Shown piece by piece: positions 9,628-19,458 of a stretch of 64,000 nucleotides of DNA. Source of the stretch: an uncultured bacterium (GTDB lineage Bacteria; Bacillota_I; Bacilli_A; RFN20; CAG-826); assembly GCA_949297305.1 (NCBI GenBank), contig CASFSG010000027.1, positions 4,924-68,923 of the forward strand, read 5' to 3'. Under the pieces are notes generated by a model. The model was not told the DNA's origin. It did no database searches and saw nothing but the letters and a program-made list of their open reading frames with translations. The translations under genes were made by a program, and so were the position numbers. Each line of letters opens with the position of its first letter. The stretch's first letter is position 1.

Positions 9628-10458
9628 ATGGACAAAGAACAATATTATATTGGAATTAAATTCTATAACAATACATTCAACTATTTTTTTATGACCGAAG
9701 ATCCATCGATTAAAAAGGGCGATAATGTCGTCGTTGAAACATCGCGAGGCTTAGAGGTGGGTGTCGTCTCTTTTGATCCTATATCAATATCAACATATAA
9801 ACATTCCTTTGAGCTTAAACCGATTTTGCGAAAAGCAGACGCGAACGATATGATGGTCCATAAAGCAAATATTGAACGCGATAAAGAAGTAATTACAACC
9901 GCGAAGAAATTTGTCAAAGAATTGAATTTAGATATGCATATTTTAAACGCTGTCTTTTCATTAGATGGCACGAAATTGACAATTACATTTGTCTCGGATG
10001 ATCGCGTTGATTTTCGTGAATTAGTTAAAATGCTCGCATCTAAATATCGTTGCCGAATCGAATTAAAACAAATTGGACCACGCGATAAAGCTAAAACTAA
10101 TGGGGGGATAGGTGTTTGTGGCTTGCCCATCTGTTGTTCTAATTTTCTTAACGAAATTGAAACTATTTCAATCAATAAGGCGAAGAATCAAATGTTGTCT
10201 TTAAATATCTCAAAATTATCTGGTCCATGCGGCAAATTGCTTTGTTGTTTAAGCTATGAGGACGAATCATACACAAACGAGAAGAAGAAATTCCCTCCTT
10301 TAGGCGAAACTATTTCAATCGATGGCGTAATCTTTAAAGTCAATTCATTTAATATATTTTCAAAAGATATCAAAATTGAAAACGCGGATGAAGTGCGAAT
10401 TATCTCTTTAGAGGAGTATCAAAAGATAAGAAGGGGAAATCATAAAGACAACAAATGA
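9628..10458 (+). CDS. ricT: PSP1-domain protein RicT/YaaT
   Basis: VVVETSRGLEVG, DRVDFRELVK, IELKQIGPRD, GVCGLPICC, GPCGKLLCCL. Confidence 0.95.
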   Translation: MDKEQYYIGIKFYNNTFNYFFMTEDPSIKKGDNVVVETSRGLEVGVVSFDPISISTYKHSFELKPILRKADANDMMVHKANIERDKEVITTAKKFVKELNLDMHILNAVFSLDGTKLTITFVSDDRVDFRELVKMLASKYRCRIELKQIGPRDKAKTNGGIGVCGLPICCSNFLNEIETISINKAKNQMLSLNISKLSGPCGKLLCCLSYEDESYTNEKKKFPPLGETISIDGVIFKVNSFNIFSKDIKIENADEVRIISLEEYQKIRRGNHKDNK

Positions 10459-11309
10459 AACGCTCATTAAATTTTATTAGTGAAAAACCTTTACTCTATT
10501 TAGTCGCTACCCCAATTGGTAATTTAGACGATGTTTCAAAACGCACAATAGATGTATTAAATAGTGTCGATTTAATCGTCGCAGAAGATACACGGATAAC
10601 AAATAAACTTCTGCAAAAATTAAATATTAAAAAACCGCTTATCTATATGGAAAAGCATAATGAAAACATTGTTAGTAGAAAAATTGTCGATGAAATCAAC
10701 TCCCAAAATCGTTTAGTCGCTTATGTTAGTGACGCCGGATATCCTTGCATCTCTGATCCGGGTTCCTTTTTGGTGAAAGAAGCTTTGTCGAATAATATAA
10801 ATATTTCGGTAATTCCTGGTCCATCTGCATTTTTAAGCGCTTTAGTAGGATCGGGTTTATCAACTGATCATTTCTACTTTCATGGCTTTTTAGATTCAAA
10901 ACAAAAAGTAAAAAAAGAGGAATTGAGACAATTACAAAAAAGATCTGAAACACTTATTTTTTATGAATCGCCTTACCGCATTAAAAAAACAATAACTTCA
11001 ATGTTAGAAATTTTTGGTAATCGCAAAGCTTGCATTGCGCGCGAGTTAACAAAAAAACATGAAGAATACATCCGTGGAAATATCGAAGAATTGCTCGCGC
11101 TTGATTTAGATGCCTTAAAAGGTGAAATGGTGATAATAGTCGAAGGTTATAATGAGGAAATCAAACCTTCGCTAGATCGAAACACCATTCGCCTATTGGT
11201 TGAACAATTAACTGATATTGGAGTTTCGGCAAAAGATGCAATTAAACAAGTTGCCAAACAACATAAGTTAACTAAAAATTACGTTTATAAAACCTATCAC
11301 GAAAATTAA
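10455..11309 (+). CDS. rsmI: 16S rRNA C1402 2'-O-methyltransferase RsmI
   Basis: LYLVATPIGNL, AEDTR, VSDAGYPCISDPG, FYESPYRI, RELTKKHEE, KGEMVII. Confidence 0.97.
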   Translation: MKRSLNFISEKPLLYLVATPIGNLDDVSKRTIDVLNSVDLIVAEDTRITNKLLQKLNIKKPLIYMEKHNENIVSRKIVDEINSQNRLVAYVSDAGYPCISDPGSFLVKEALSNNINISVIPGPSAFLSALVGSGLSTDHFYFHGFLDSKQKVKKEELRQLQKRSETLIFYESPYRIKKTITSMLEIFGNRKACIARELTKKHEEYIRGNIEELLALDLDALKGEMVIIVEGYNEEIKPSLDRNTIRLLVEQLTDIGVSAKDAIKQVAKQHKLTKNYVYKTYHEN

Positions 11310-14300
11310 TTTTTGTTGCTTAGCTTTCTCTTTTGATAAAAGAAGATAATTATACTACCACTAATTAAAATTGCTGTCGCTACAAGTGAAATAATTAAAC
11401 CTTCTTGATATAAAGGTGTAATATATGTCATTTCATATACCAAATGACCATCTGACGGGGTCACAAAACCCACAAATCCTCCTTGTGAATTATATGTGTT
11501 TAAATGATAAATATTCCCGTTATCATCCTTGGCTTTAACTTGCCAATTTTTGGAATAGGCAACCTGAGTAATCATAAAGCGGATTGAATCATAATTACTT
11601 TCAAATGAAAAATAATCGACATCTTGAATGACATTATATACGCTATACTGTCTAAGGTTATCAATGCGATTTAAAGTAGTAGCAATATCTTCATAATATA
11701 AAGAAACATTAGTCCTTACTTCATCGCCACGCGGTCGCATTAAAATTTTTGTGACTGGAATAGTAGGATAAAAACCTCTTAAATATTTATAACCATCGCT
11801 ATCTGTGTTCATATACCGATCGAATAAAGAAACATATGATTGGCCGTTTTCATCTTCACTAATAAAGAAAATATCAATCGCTGTTTTGGAAGTGATTGGG
11901 TAGTATATTAAATAATACATCCCTTCTTCACTCATTGGAAAAGTTTCTTCGTAAGTTGGTTTAAATTCGATTAAAAGTTCTGTTTTCTTATAATTTGCTA
12001 AATCGCTAGAACTTATTTTAGTGCCACTCTCTAAATATAAGTTCGGTTTGGTGGGATTAAAGATATCTTTGTAATGATAAAAAGAAACGCTAGTAGGTTC
12101 TTGATAATGTTTCATTTCTCGTTTTGGTGCGTTCTCATAAGTAAAAATATCACCATATTTTTGGCGCAACAAAAAAGCGTCTTCAGAATTTAAAATTGCT
12201 CCTTTAAGATAGGCTTCTTCGTTACGCATAACATCAGTCAAGTGTGAGCCAGAATGAAAATTATTATAAATAGAAGAGGCACAGTTGCCTTTATCGTAAA
12301 TTGTTTTATAAGAACTAGCAAAATTAATATGATGATCATTGCGATATAAAGCATAGCCATCACCATCACTAGCGTTATCAATTCGCGTATAACCTAAAGG
12401 AACATTAATCGGTAAATGAGCAGTTATCCATTCGTTATTTTCTTGATAAGAATAATCAAAATATTCTTCCATTTGTAGATAATATTTAACGCCTAAAAAA
12501 GCATCTAAATTGATGCGCTTTTCACTAGCGGAACCAATCCAAGTATTATCGCTTTTTAAAATGTGCGACATCCTTTGAAAATCATCGACTTCCGTGTTAT
12601 AAAAAGAGTGAAAAGTAGATGCTCCATTATAATTTTCAATCATCATAATATTATCGTTACCAGAATAAGCGCGATTAGATTGAATGCGATAAAAAGATTG
12701 GTCTATTGCGGTGATTTTATTAACAATGTCACTTTCAATGCGAATAGAAGAAAAGCCACCGGAGGCGCTATTTAAATAATTGCTTAAACCATGGACGTTC
12801 GCTATTATTGTTCCCATGACAATTATTTCAACTGAAATGATACCTGTGATAATTTTATTTATTTTCACATCCTTATAGTACTTAGCTAAAAGAGCAGTAG
12901 TAACAATTGCCACCACCACTTCATAAATTAACAAAAAGATAATTCCGCTATAATTATCGACGCGAATAAATTTAGTTTCTAAATATTGGCCATATAGATA
13001 GGCTAAAACCATTAAAATTGAAGTGATAACGCCGCTAACAATAATTACCCATCTTTTTAACATCTCACGTTTATCAAACTGAATTGCAACATAAGCTAAA
13101 GCGCATAAAGGAACGATAATCTCCCAACGTCCATAACCAATCGACATTGCTCCACATAAGTAATATAAGAAAGGAATAAATAGCGAAAGCGTCAATAAAG
13201 TAGCAGCTATAAAATGCGATGGTTTTCTTTCTTTAAAAGAAATATATAAACTTGAAAAAAGCATGATGATTGATGGAGTAAAAATGAAGATTGATGAGCC
13301 AAAATTATCAAAATATATATCGCGGACAACCGTCACGAAGCGATTAGAAATAGTTGGAAATAAAAAGGATGCTAATGGATAGAAGGAACGATACCCATTA
13401 TTATCGCCGTCCCAATATAGAAAGATATATTTGAATGCTTCTTTATATTTATCATTTTCAAAGGCATAAACAATATCGCTCCAATAAGTGGAATTTTCAT
13501 ATCTTGCGATATTAAAGGAAGAAATAATCGCTGGTAATGTACAAAAACCACTCATCAAAATCCCTAAGGCAAAGCCTGCTATACCTAAAAGAATTACTGT
13601 CAAATGTTCAATACCATGACGCTGTTTGATAGTTTGTAAATATCTAAACAAGGCATAAATGACACCAAAAATTCCCGCCGTTAGAAAGAAAAAATAATTA
13701 GAGATACCTAATAGAAAAAATCCTAGAGAAACCGACCAGATAATTTTATCTTTTAAAACTCTTTCAATGCCATAAAGAATTAAGGGGAAGAATGTTGCTA
13801 CTTCATAAAAACTATTAAACCAAAGATGGTAAGCGGTCCACCCCATAAAGGCATAGGCTAAAGAAAAAATCCTAGCGGTTGATTCTTTAACATTGAATGT
13901 TTTCAAATATAAACGGAATAATAATCCTCCTACAACCATTCTTGCAATCGACATTAAGGCCATCGACTGCGCGATCATTTCTCGAGGCAAAAATAAAATA
14001 GGGAAGGTAAAAGGAGAAAACACGCCATAAAAAGTATTAGCCTCAATATTGTCAGCACCTAAAAACACATTATGGTCCCAGTTAGGAAAATTTAATGTTT
14101 TAAAAAAAGTCCACCAGGTATCATAAAAGTTAAAGGCAAAAGGAATTCCTTGCTGTGAATAATCGCCAGTAAAAGGTGTGGTAAAGCATTGAGTAATTAA
14201 CGCAAAAAAGAAAAAACCAAAACCAATTAAAATTAAAAATAAAACATAATAAAAAAATGAATGAAAATTCTTTAATCCCTGGAGTTTAGGGTAGATATAT

Positions 14301-14341
14301 TCTCGATAAAACGCTTTGTGTGATAAACAAAGAATTTGCAT
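11306..14341 (-). CDS. YfhO-family multi-pass membrane protein (GT-C-fold glycosyltransferase-like)
   Basis: 1011 aa. N-terminal GDYSQQ, FSPF and YGIERVL segments, about 12-13 hydrophobic spans, a large extracellular domain with FYRI and STFHSFYN, and a terminal TM after YSKNWQV...GFVG. Confidence 0.8.
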   Translation of the reverse strand: MQILCLSHKAFYREYIYPKLQGLKNFHSFFYYVLFLILIGFGFFFFALITQCFTTPFTGDYSQQGIPFAFNFYDTWWTFFKTLNFPNWDHNVFLGADNIEANTFYGVFSPFTFPILFLPREMIAQSMALMSIARMVVGGLLFRLYLKTFNVKESTARIFSLAYAFMGWTAYHLWFNSFYEVATFFPLILYGIERVLKDKIIWSVSLGFFLLGISNYFFFLTAGIFGVIYALFRYLQTIKQRHGIEHLTVILLGIAGFALGILMSGFCTLPAIISSFNIARYENSTYWSDIVYAFENDKYKEAFKYIFLYWDGDNNGYRSFYPLASFLFPTISNRFVTVVRDIYFDNFGSSIFIFTPSIIMLFSSLYISFKERKPSHFIAATLLTLSLFIPFLYYLCGAMSIGYGRWEIIVPLCALAYVAIQFDKREMLKRWVIIVSGVITSILMVLAYLYGQYLETKFIRVDNYSGIIFLLIYEVVVAIVTTALLAKYYKDVKINKIITGIISVEIIVMGTIIANVHGLSNYLNSASGGFSSIRIESDIVNKITAIDQSFYRIQSNRAYSGNDNIMMIENYNGASTFHSFYNTEVDDFQRMSHILKSDNTWIGSASEKRINLDAFLGVKYYLQMEEYFDYSYQENNEWITAHLPINVPLGYTRIDNASDGDGYALYRNDHHINFASSYKTIYDKGNCASSIYNNFHSGSHLTDVMRNEEAYLKGAILNSEDAFLLRQKYGDIFTYENAPKREMKHYQEPTSVSFYHYKDIFNPTKPNLYLESGTKISSSDLANYKKTELLIEFKPTYEETFPMSEEGMYYLIYYPITSKTAIDIFFISEDENGQSYVSLFDRYMNTDSDGYKYLRGFYPTIPVTKILMRPRGDEVRTNVSLYYEDIATTLNRIDNLRQYSVYNVIQDVDYFSFESNYDSIRFMITQVAYSKNWQVKAKDDNGNIYHLNTYNSQGGFVGFVTPSDGHLVYEMTYITPLYQEGLIISLVATAILISGSIIIFFYQKRKLSNKN

Positions 14342-14344
14342 AAA

Positions 14345-14371
14345 AATAGTCTATCATAAAAATAGACTATT
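14345..14371 (-). terminator. Hairpin ending the DUF1538/PII transcript
   Basis: Perfect 10-bp stem AATAGTCTAT-7 nt loop-ATAGACTATT, followed by a T-run on the minus strand, just downstream of the 14386 stop. Confidence 0.6.
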
Positions 14372-14385
14372 GTATTATTACTTTT

Positions 14386-14754
14386 TTAGATTGTGGCTCC
14401 AATAACATCACTAACAGGCAAAGAAAAAGCGATGCCTTGGCCATTAGTGTCTAACCCAGCGTCTTTATAAACTTCCTTTAAAATATCGTCTCGCAATTCC
14501 TTATTTACTAAAATGAGAACAATTTCTTTTTCGGGCGAAATAATTACACCAAAGAACTTCTCCATTTCCTTTGTGCCAGTTCCTCTAGCGTGCAAGATTG
14601 TCCCACCTCTTGCCCCTTTTCTTTTGGCAGCTTCCATTACCAAATCAGCAAAACCGCCATTGACAATAACAACGATTAATTCTGCCTCTAATGGTGCATC
14701 TAACATCTCTTTTTTTAATTCATTTAATTCTTCATTCATTTTTATTTTCCTCAT
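14386..14754 (-). CDS. PII-like (GlnB superfamily) protein
   Basis: LIVVIV...GARGGTILHARGTG...EKEIVLILV...GQGIAFSLPVSDVIG, the PII beta-alpha-beta pattern with an RGxG motif. Confidence 0.88.
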   Translation of the reverse strand: MRKIKMNEELNELKKEMLDAPLEAELIVVIVNGGFADLVMEAAKRKGARGGTILHARGTGTKEMEKFFGVIISPEKEIVLILVNKELRDDILKEVYKDAGLDTNGQGIAFSLPVSDVIGATI

Positions 14755-15202
14755 CCTTTTCCTTTAAAAAACGCATATTGGCTAAATAGCGATACATCAC
14801 CACTCCAACAATTGAGGTCATCTTAATTGAGAAAGCAACCCCTTTAGCAGCCCGCGAAACTTTAAAACGATTCTCTAATAAATCTTTAATTTTTGCGGTG
14901 TTTTCCTCTTTAGCGATTGTTAAAATAACTTGTTTTTTAGTATCTGTTAAACCAATTACTTCATAAATATCCTTTGAGCCCGTGCCTTGACCAGCAATAG
15001 TAAAAGAGGCTCCAATTTCTGCGCTTTCTAGCTTTTTAATTATTGCATCAGCTTGGCCATAATTAACAATAATAATAAACAATTTTAATTTGCTCAAAGA
15101 ATGTTTGCTTTCAAATGTCGTCGTACCTAAATCGTTTCGATCATTTTTCTTTCGCGAAACATTTCTTTTTAATCTTTTAATAATTCTTTTAACTTCACCC
15201 AT
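14732..15202 (-). CDS. PII-like protein with a basic N-terminal extension
   Basis: LFIIIV...GASFTIAGQGTG...KKQVILTI...AKGVAFSIKMTSIVG; paralog of the next gene. Confidence 0.8.
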   Translation of the reverse strand: MGEVKRIIKRLKRNVSRKKNDRNDLGTTTFESKHSLSKLKLFIIIVNYGQADAIIKKLESAEIGASFTIAGQGTGSKDIYEVIGLTDTKKQVILTIAKEENTAKIKDLLENRFKVSRAAKGVAFSIKMTSIVGVVMYRYLANMRFLKEKDEENKNE

Positions 15203-15207
15203 ATTTC

Positions 15208-16740
15208 TTACTCAAAATGTATAACTTGCAAGTCAAATTCATCGCGGATGCTTTCGCGCGCTTTATGATAGATAAATTTCTTCCTAAAGATCGCTATTAA
15301 ACCAACCATTTGTAAAGTAATTAAAGGCATCATAGCTACTAAAGCTATCATCCCAAAAGCGTACTTCATTACATCGACACCATCGATGCCAATAGAAAGC
15401 GCTACACCAGTAGCAAACGGCACCAAAAATGTCGAATTCATTGGGCCACTAACAACGCCTCCACTATCAAAAGCAATGCCATTATAGATATCGGGGACAA
15501 TAAACGCTAAGACAAACGCTAAAGTATAGCCAGGGATAATATAATATAAAAGAGGAAACTGATATTTTATGCGAATAAGCGCAAGGGTAATTGCTAAGCC
15601 GTTGCCAAGAGCTAAAGCAATTAAGACTAAACCTTTATGAATGGTTCCATCACTAACAGTTTCAATCTCGGAAGTTAAAATATGGACAGCTGGCTCAGCA
15701 AAAATAGCGGCAACGCCTAAGAAAATACCAACTAAAATTAAAATCCAAAAATTGCTTTGGTTAATACCTAGCACAGTTCCTAATTTCGTTCCCATATTCA
15801 TAAACCCGGCCTCTACCGCCCCTAGGAATAATACTAAACCAACATAGGTATACACTAAAGCAATCAAAATTTTAAGCAAAGTCTTCTTAGGCAGTTTAAT
15901 AAAAATGAAATTAAAGATGAGAAAAAAGATAGCAATTGGAGATAAAGAAATTAAAACATTTAAAGATGAATCGGCAAAAGCGTGCCCTAATGGACCTAAA
16001 ACACCCGACATTGACTCGTTAGCAGAAGAAATTAAATCGATATTATTATGTTGCAAAACTAGCGATAAAATCATTACCATTAAAATCGGACCAATCGAAG
16101 CAAAAGCAACTAAGCCAAAGGAATCTGAATTAGTCTTTTTACCACCGCGACTTGTTGCTACACCAATCCCTAAAGCCAAAATAAACGGGACAGTAATTGG
16201 GCCGGTTGTGACACCACCACTATCTAAAGAAATTGGTAGATATTGTTCATCAAGCAAACAAGCGAAAGCAAACATTAAAGCATAAAAAGCGAGCAACCAA
16301 ACTTTCAAGCTCTTTTGAAAAATAATACGAAGAACACCAACAACTAAAAACGCACCCACGCCAACGCCAATTGTAATAATTAAAACATAGTTGTTGATTG
16401 GAACTTGGTTGGCTAAAGCCGATAAATCTGGTTCAGCAACAGTAATTAAAACACCTACTAAAAATACAATAATCACCAGCAAAACGATACTTTTTTTCTT
16501 TGTCAAGGTCGCACCAACATATTCGCCTAACTTCGCAGTGCTAGCTTCTGCCCCAACATTAAATAACCACATTCCTATCGTTAATAAAACCGCTGAAATA
16601 ACAAATAAAATAATGTCATCGTTAGTCAAAGTCTTTTCCAAGGCAAAACGATCGACGAGAAAAATAATCAAAACAATCATTACCACCGGCAAGGTAGATA
16701 AGACTGATTCTTTTAATTTTTTTAGCCACTCTAAAACCAT
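15208..16740 (-). CDS. DUF1538-like membrane protein, two internal repeats
   Basis: The repeats each carry AEP (TVAEPDL / FAEPAV) and DSGGV (LDSGGVTTGPITVPF / FDSGGVVSGPMNSTF); about 14 TM spans. Confidence 0.88.
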   Translation of the reverse strand: MVLEWLKKLKESVLSTLPVVMIVLIIFLVDRFALEKTLTNDDIILFVISAVLLTIGMWLFNVGAEASTAKLGEYVGATLTKKKSIVLLVIIVFLVGVLITVAEPDLSALANQVPINNYVLIITIGVGVGAFLVVGVLRIIFQKSLKVWLLAFYALMFAFACLLDEQYLPISLDSGGVTTGPITVPFILALGIGVATSRGGKKTNSDSFGLVAFASIGPILMVMILSLVLQHNNIDLISSANESMSGVLGPLGHAFADSSLNVLISLSPIAIFFLIFNFIFIKLPKKTLLKILIALVYTYVGLVLFLGAVEAGFMNMGTKLGTVLGINQSNFWILILVGIFLGVAAIFAEPAVHILTSEIETVSDGTIHKGLVLIALALGNGLAITLALIRIKYQFPLLYYIIPGYTLAFVLAFIVPDIYNGIAFDSGGVVSGPMNSTFLVPFATGVALSIGIDGVDVMKYAFGMIALVAMMPLITLQMVGLIAIFRKKFIYHKARESIRDEFDLQVIHFE

Positions 16741-16770
16741 GATTTTCTTGCCTTAACGCTCACTGAAAAT

Positions 16771-16799
16771 ATTATGATTAATAAATAATATTTTTACAA
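16771..16799 (-). promoter_or_regulatory. Sigma-A-type promoter for the DUF1538-PII-PII unit
   Basis: Minus strand TTGTAA (16794-16799), 17-nt spacer, CATAAT (16771-16776). Confidence 0.5.
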
Positions 16800-16825
16800 C
16801 CTTAAATTAGCTTAATTGACAAATC

Positions 16826-17746
16826 TTATCTTTTAAATAAAGTAAGAAATTCCTTTGGCATTTTAGATCGAAATTTCATTAGTTTATGTGTGAAGGGATG
16901 AACAATATCTAGTTCATAGGCATGCAAACCGAGACGATTAATAGGGTTAGAAGGATTACCATATTTATCATCGCCAACAACATAGTGATTTAGATGACCT
17001 AATTGAACGCGAATTTGATTTTTACGTCCTGTTTCAATATTTACATCGAGTAAAGAATATGATTCATTCTCGCGAATTACTTGATAATTAGTAATACATT
17101 TTTTTCCATGGATCTTGTCGTCGGTGATATACATCAAGTTCAATTTATTTTCTTTTAGATAATTTACTATACTTCCACTTTTCTCTTTAAAAGTTCCTTC
17201 AACCAAAGCATAATAACCTCTTTTTTTAACTAATGTTGGCCAATCTTTTTGTAAGGCGTCTTTAATTCGGCTATTTTTGGAAAATAACAAAATTCCCGAA
17301 GTATCTTCATCGAGGCGATGCGTTACATAAATGCGGTTATGTTTATCTTTTGCTTGTAAATAGTCATTTACCAAACGAAAAGCAGTCGCTCTTTTTTCTT
17401 TATCGTTTTCGACGCTTAATAATCCTGCCGGTTTATCAATTACAATAATCTCCTCATCTTCATAAATAACTGGTAAGCGCGATGGTCTAATTGCTTGACG
17501 AATTGGATGATCAAAGACGACAACTACATCTTCTTTATTAAGTTCTAAATTGAACTGGGTAACTATCGCCCCACTAACAGAAACATAGCGACCAGAAAGC
17601 AAATGCTTAACATTATTTCGCGATAAAGAAGGATATTTGGAAAGGAGAAAATCTAAAAGTAAGCAATCCTCTTTGACTTTAAATTCCTTAAATTTTAAAG
17701 GAGCTTTTTTATTATATTTTTTTCTTTTATTATCGTTTTTATTCAT
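16826..17746 (-). CDS. RluA/RluD-family pseudouridine synthase
   Basis: S4-like N-terminus, VIDKPAGLL, catalytic HRLDEDTSG, ETGRKNQIRV, LGLHA. Confidence 0.95.
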   Translation of the reverse strand: MNKNDNKRKKYNKKAPLKFKEFKVKEDCLLLDFLLSKYPSLSRNNVKHLLSGRYVSVSGAIVTQFNLELNKEDVVVVFDHPIRQAIRPSRLPVIYEDEEIIVIDKPAGLLSVENDKEKRATAFRLVNDYLQAKDKHNRIYVTHRLDEDTSGILLFSKNSRIKDALQKDWPTLVKKRGYYALVEGTFKEKSGSIVNYLKENKLNLMYITDDKIHGKKCITNYQVIRENESYSLLDVNIETGRKNQIRVQLGHLNHYVVGDDKYGNPSNPINRLGLHAYELDIVHPFTHKLMKFRSKMPKEFLTLFKR

Positions 17747-18611
17747 TGATGAATTTCTTAATCTCCTCTAAATGGTTCAATGCATAATTTCTACCATCTA
17801 AATATAATTTTTCTATTTTAGAAATATCTTTTTCTGTTACCTTTACATCATAAGTTGTAAAAGGGGCAATGATATAAGCCTTATCTTTTGGTAAGGATTC
17901 AATATAATCAAGTTGACGATTATATGATAAATATTCTTCGCGGATGGCCTTACGAATATTTTGATATTTATGGCCATAAAAGATCGGTGATTTAGCAATA
18001 ATTTTATCGCGGAGATTCTTTTCCTTTCTTTTGCCTAAAGGGCGAGAAAGAATGATAACAACCTTCTTATAACCATCCTTAAAAACTTGTTCGACCGGCA
18101 AAGGGGTTTTAAGACCACCATCGAGATATTCGTGCTGATTAATAATAATTTTCTTTGATAATAGAGGCAATGAGGCGCTTGCGACACAAGCTTCTTTTAA
18201 AAAGCGTTCTGGTCCCATTTGACTTTTATAAAACGGTTCATACTCCCCTGTTTCTAAATTAGTAGCAATTGCTACAATCTCTTGATCACTATGAACAAAA
18301 ACATCTTCAGAAAAATGCAATTCGTTTTTTAAATCGTTCATTAAAAATTCAAAATTGAAAAAGGATCCGCTTGTTTTGCGGGCTTTTTTGCCAAAAAAGC
18401 GTTCGTCGTTCATATATTTTGTACAGACGACAAATGAACGCCCAACATCTTTAGAAACATAGTTGCAGGCATTTAAGACACCGCTAGAAACGCCTAAAAT
18501 ATAAGGAAAATATATACCCTCTTCAATTAAGACATCGATCACTCCGCTAGAGAAAGCGCCTCGAACGCCACCTCCTTGAATCGCTAATGCAACCTCTTTA
18601 TTCTTCACCAT
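17739..18611 (-). CDS. Patatin-like phospholipase family protein
   Basis: QGGGVRG, GVSSG nucleophile elbow, YLDGG. Confidence 0.92.
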   Translation of the reverse strand: MVKNKEVALAIQGGGVRGAFSSGVIDVLIEEGIYFPYILGVSSGVLNACNYVSKDVGRSFVVCTKYMNDERFFGKKARKTSGSFFNFEFLMNDLKNELHFSEDVFVHSDQEIVAIATNLETGEYEPFYKSQMGPERFLKEACVASASLPLLSKKIIINQHEYLDGGLKTPLPVEQVFKDGYKKVVIILSRPLGKRKEKNLRDKIIAKSPIFYGHKYQNIRKAIREEYLSYNRQLDYIESLPKDKAYIIAPFTTYDVKVTEKDISKIEKLYLDGRNYALNHLEEIKKFINE

Positions 18612-19458
18612 TTTTTAATAACTCATGATAAGAATCAATTCGACGATCGCGAAATACGCCCCATGAAATTCTCTCTTTATTTATCTCATCAAAATCAAAC
18701 TCATAGAGGCGATAACCTTCTTCTAGACGATTCATTTGCTCTACCACTTCGCCGTGCTGATTGGCGATAAAGGAATAGCCACCAAAGACCATCGATGAAT
18801 CTTTTGCCATCTCAATACCAACGCGATTACTGGCAATAACAGGAATCAAATTAGCGGAGGCATGACCTCTCATCGTATTTTGCCAATGAATCATCGAATC
18901 GCGTTCTAAAACCGGCTCGCTACCAATTGCTGTTGGATATACAATTAACTCAGCTCCTTTTAATGTTAAAATTCTAGCAACTTCGGGAAACCATTGATCC
19001 CAACAGATCCCTACACCAATTTTTCCATATTTAGTGTTAAAAACTTTATAACCTAAATCACCAGGAGTGAAATAGAATTTTTCTTCATAGCATTGTCCTG
19101 TTGGGATATGCATTTTGCGATATAGACCCAAAACGGTACCATCAGCATCAATCATCGCTAAAGAATTAAAATAATTAACTCCACTCTTTTCAAAAAACGA
19201 AATAGGCAAAACGACTTGATATTTTTTTGCTACTTCCTGAAAATGTTTAATTAAAGATGAATTTTTAAATGTTTCAGCTTTACTAAAATTATCATAGTCT
19301 TCAATTTGGCAAAAATATAAGTCAGAAAATAATTCTTGTAAAAGAATAATTTGAGCACCCGCGAGTTTTGCCTCTTCAATCATCTTATCAGCTTTTAAAA
19401 TATTATCTTCTTTTTTAGAGCTGATTTTCATCTGGGTGATTGCTACTTTGACTCTCAT
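18598..19458 (-). CDS. aguB: N-carbamoylputrescine amidase (nitrilase superfamily)
   Basis: LLQELF, YRKMHIP...YEEKFYFTPGD, GICWDQWFPE, YPTAIGSEP; adjacent to an agmatine deiminase domain. Confidence 0.93.
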   Translation of the reverse strand: MRVKVAITQMKISSKKEDNILKADKMIEEAKLAGAQIILLQELFSDLYFCQIEDYDNFSKAETFKNSSLIKHFQEVAKKYQVVLPISFFEKSGVNYFNSLAMIDADGTVLGLYRKMHIPTGQCYEEKFYFTPGDLGYKVFNTKYGKIGVGICWDQWFPEVARILTLKGAELIVYPTAIGSEPVLERDSMIHWQNTMRGHASANLIPVIASNRVGIEMAKDSSMVFGGYSFIANQHGEVVEQMNRLEEGYRLYEFDFDEINKERISWGVFRDRRIDSYHELLKNGEE

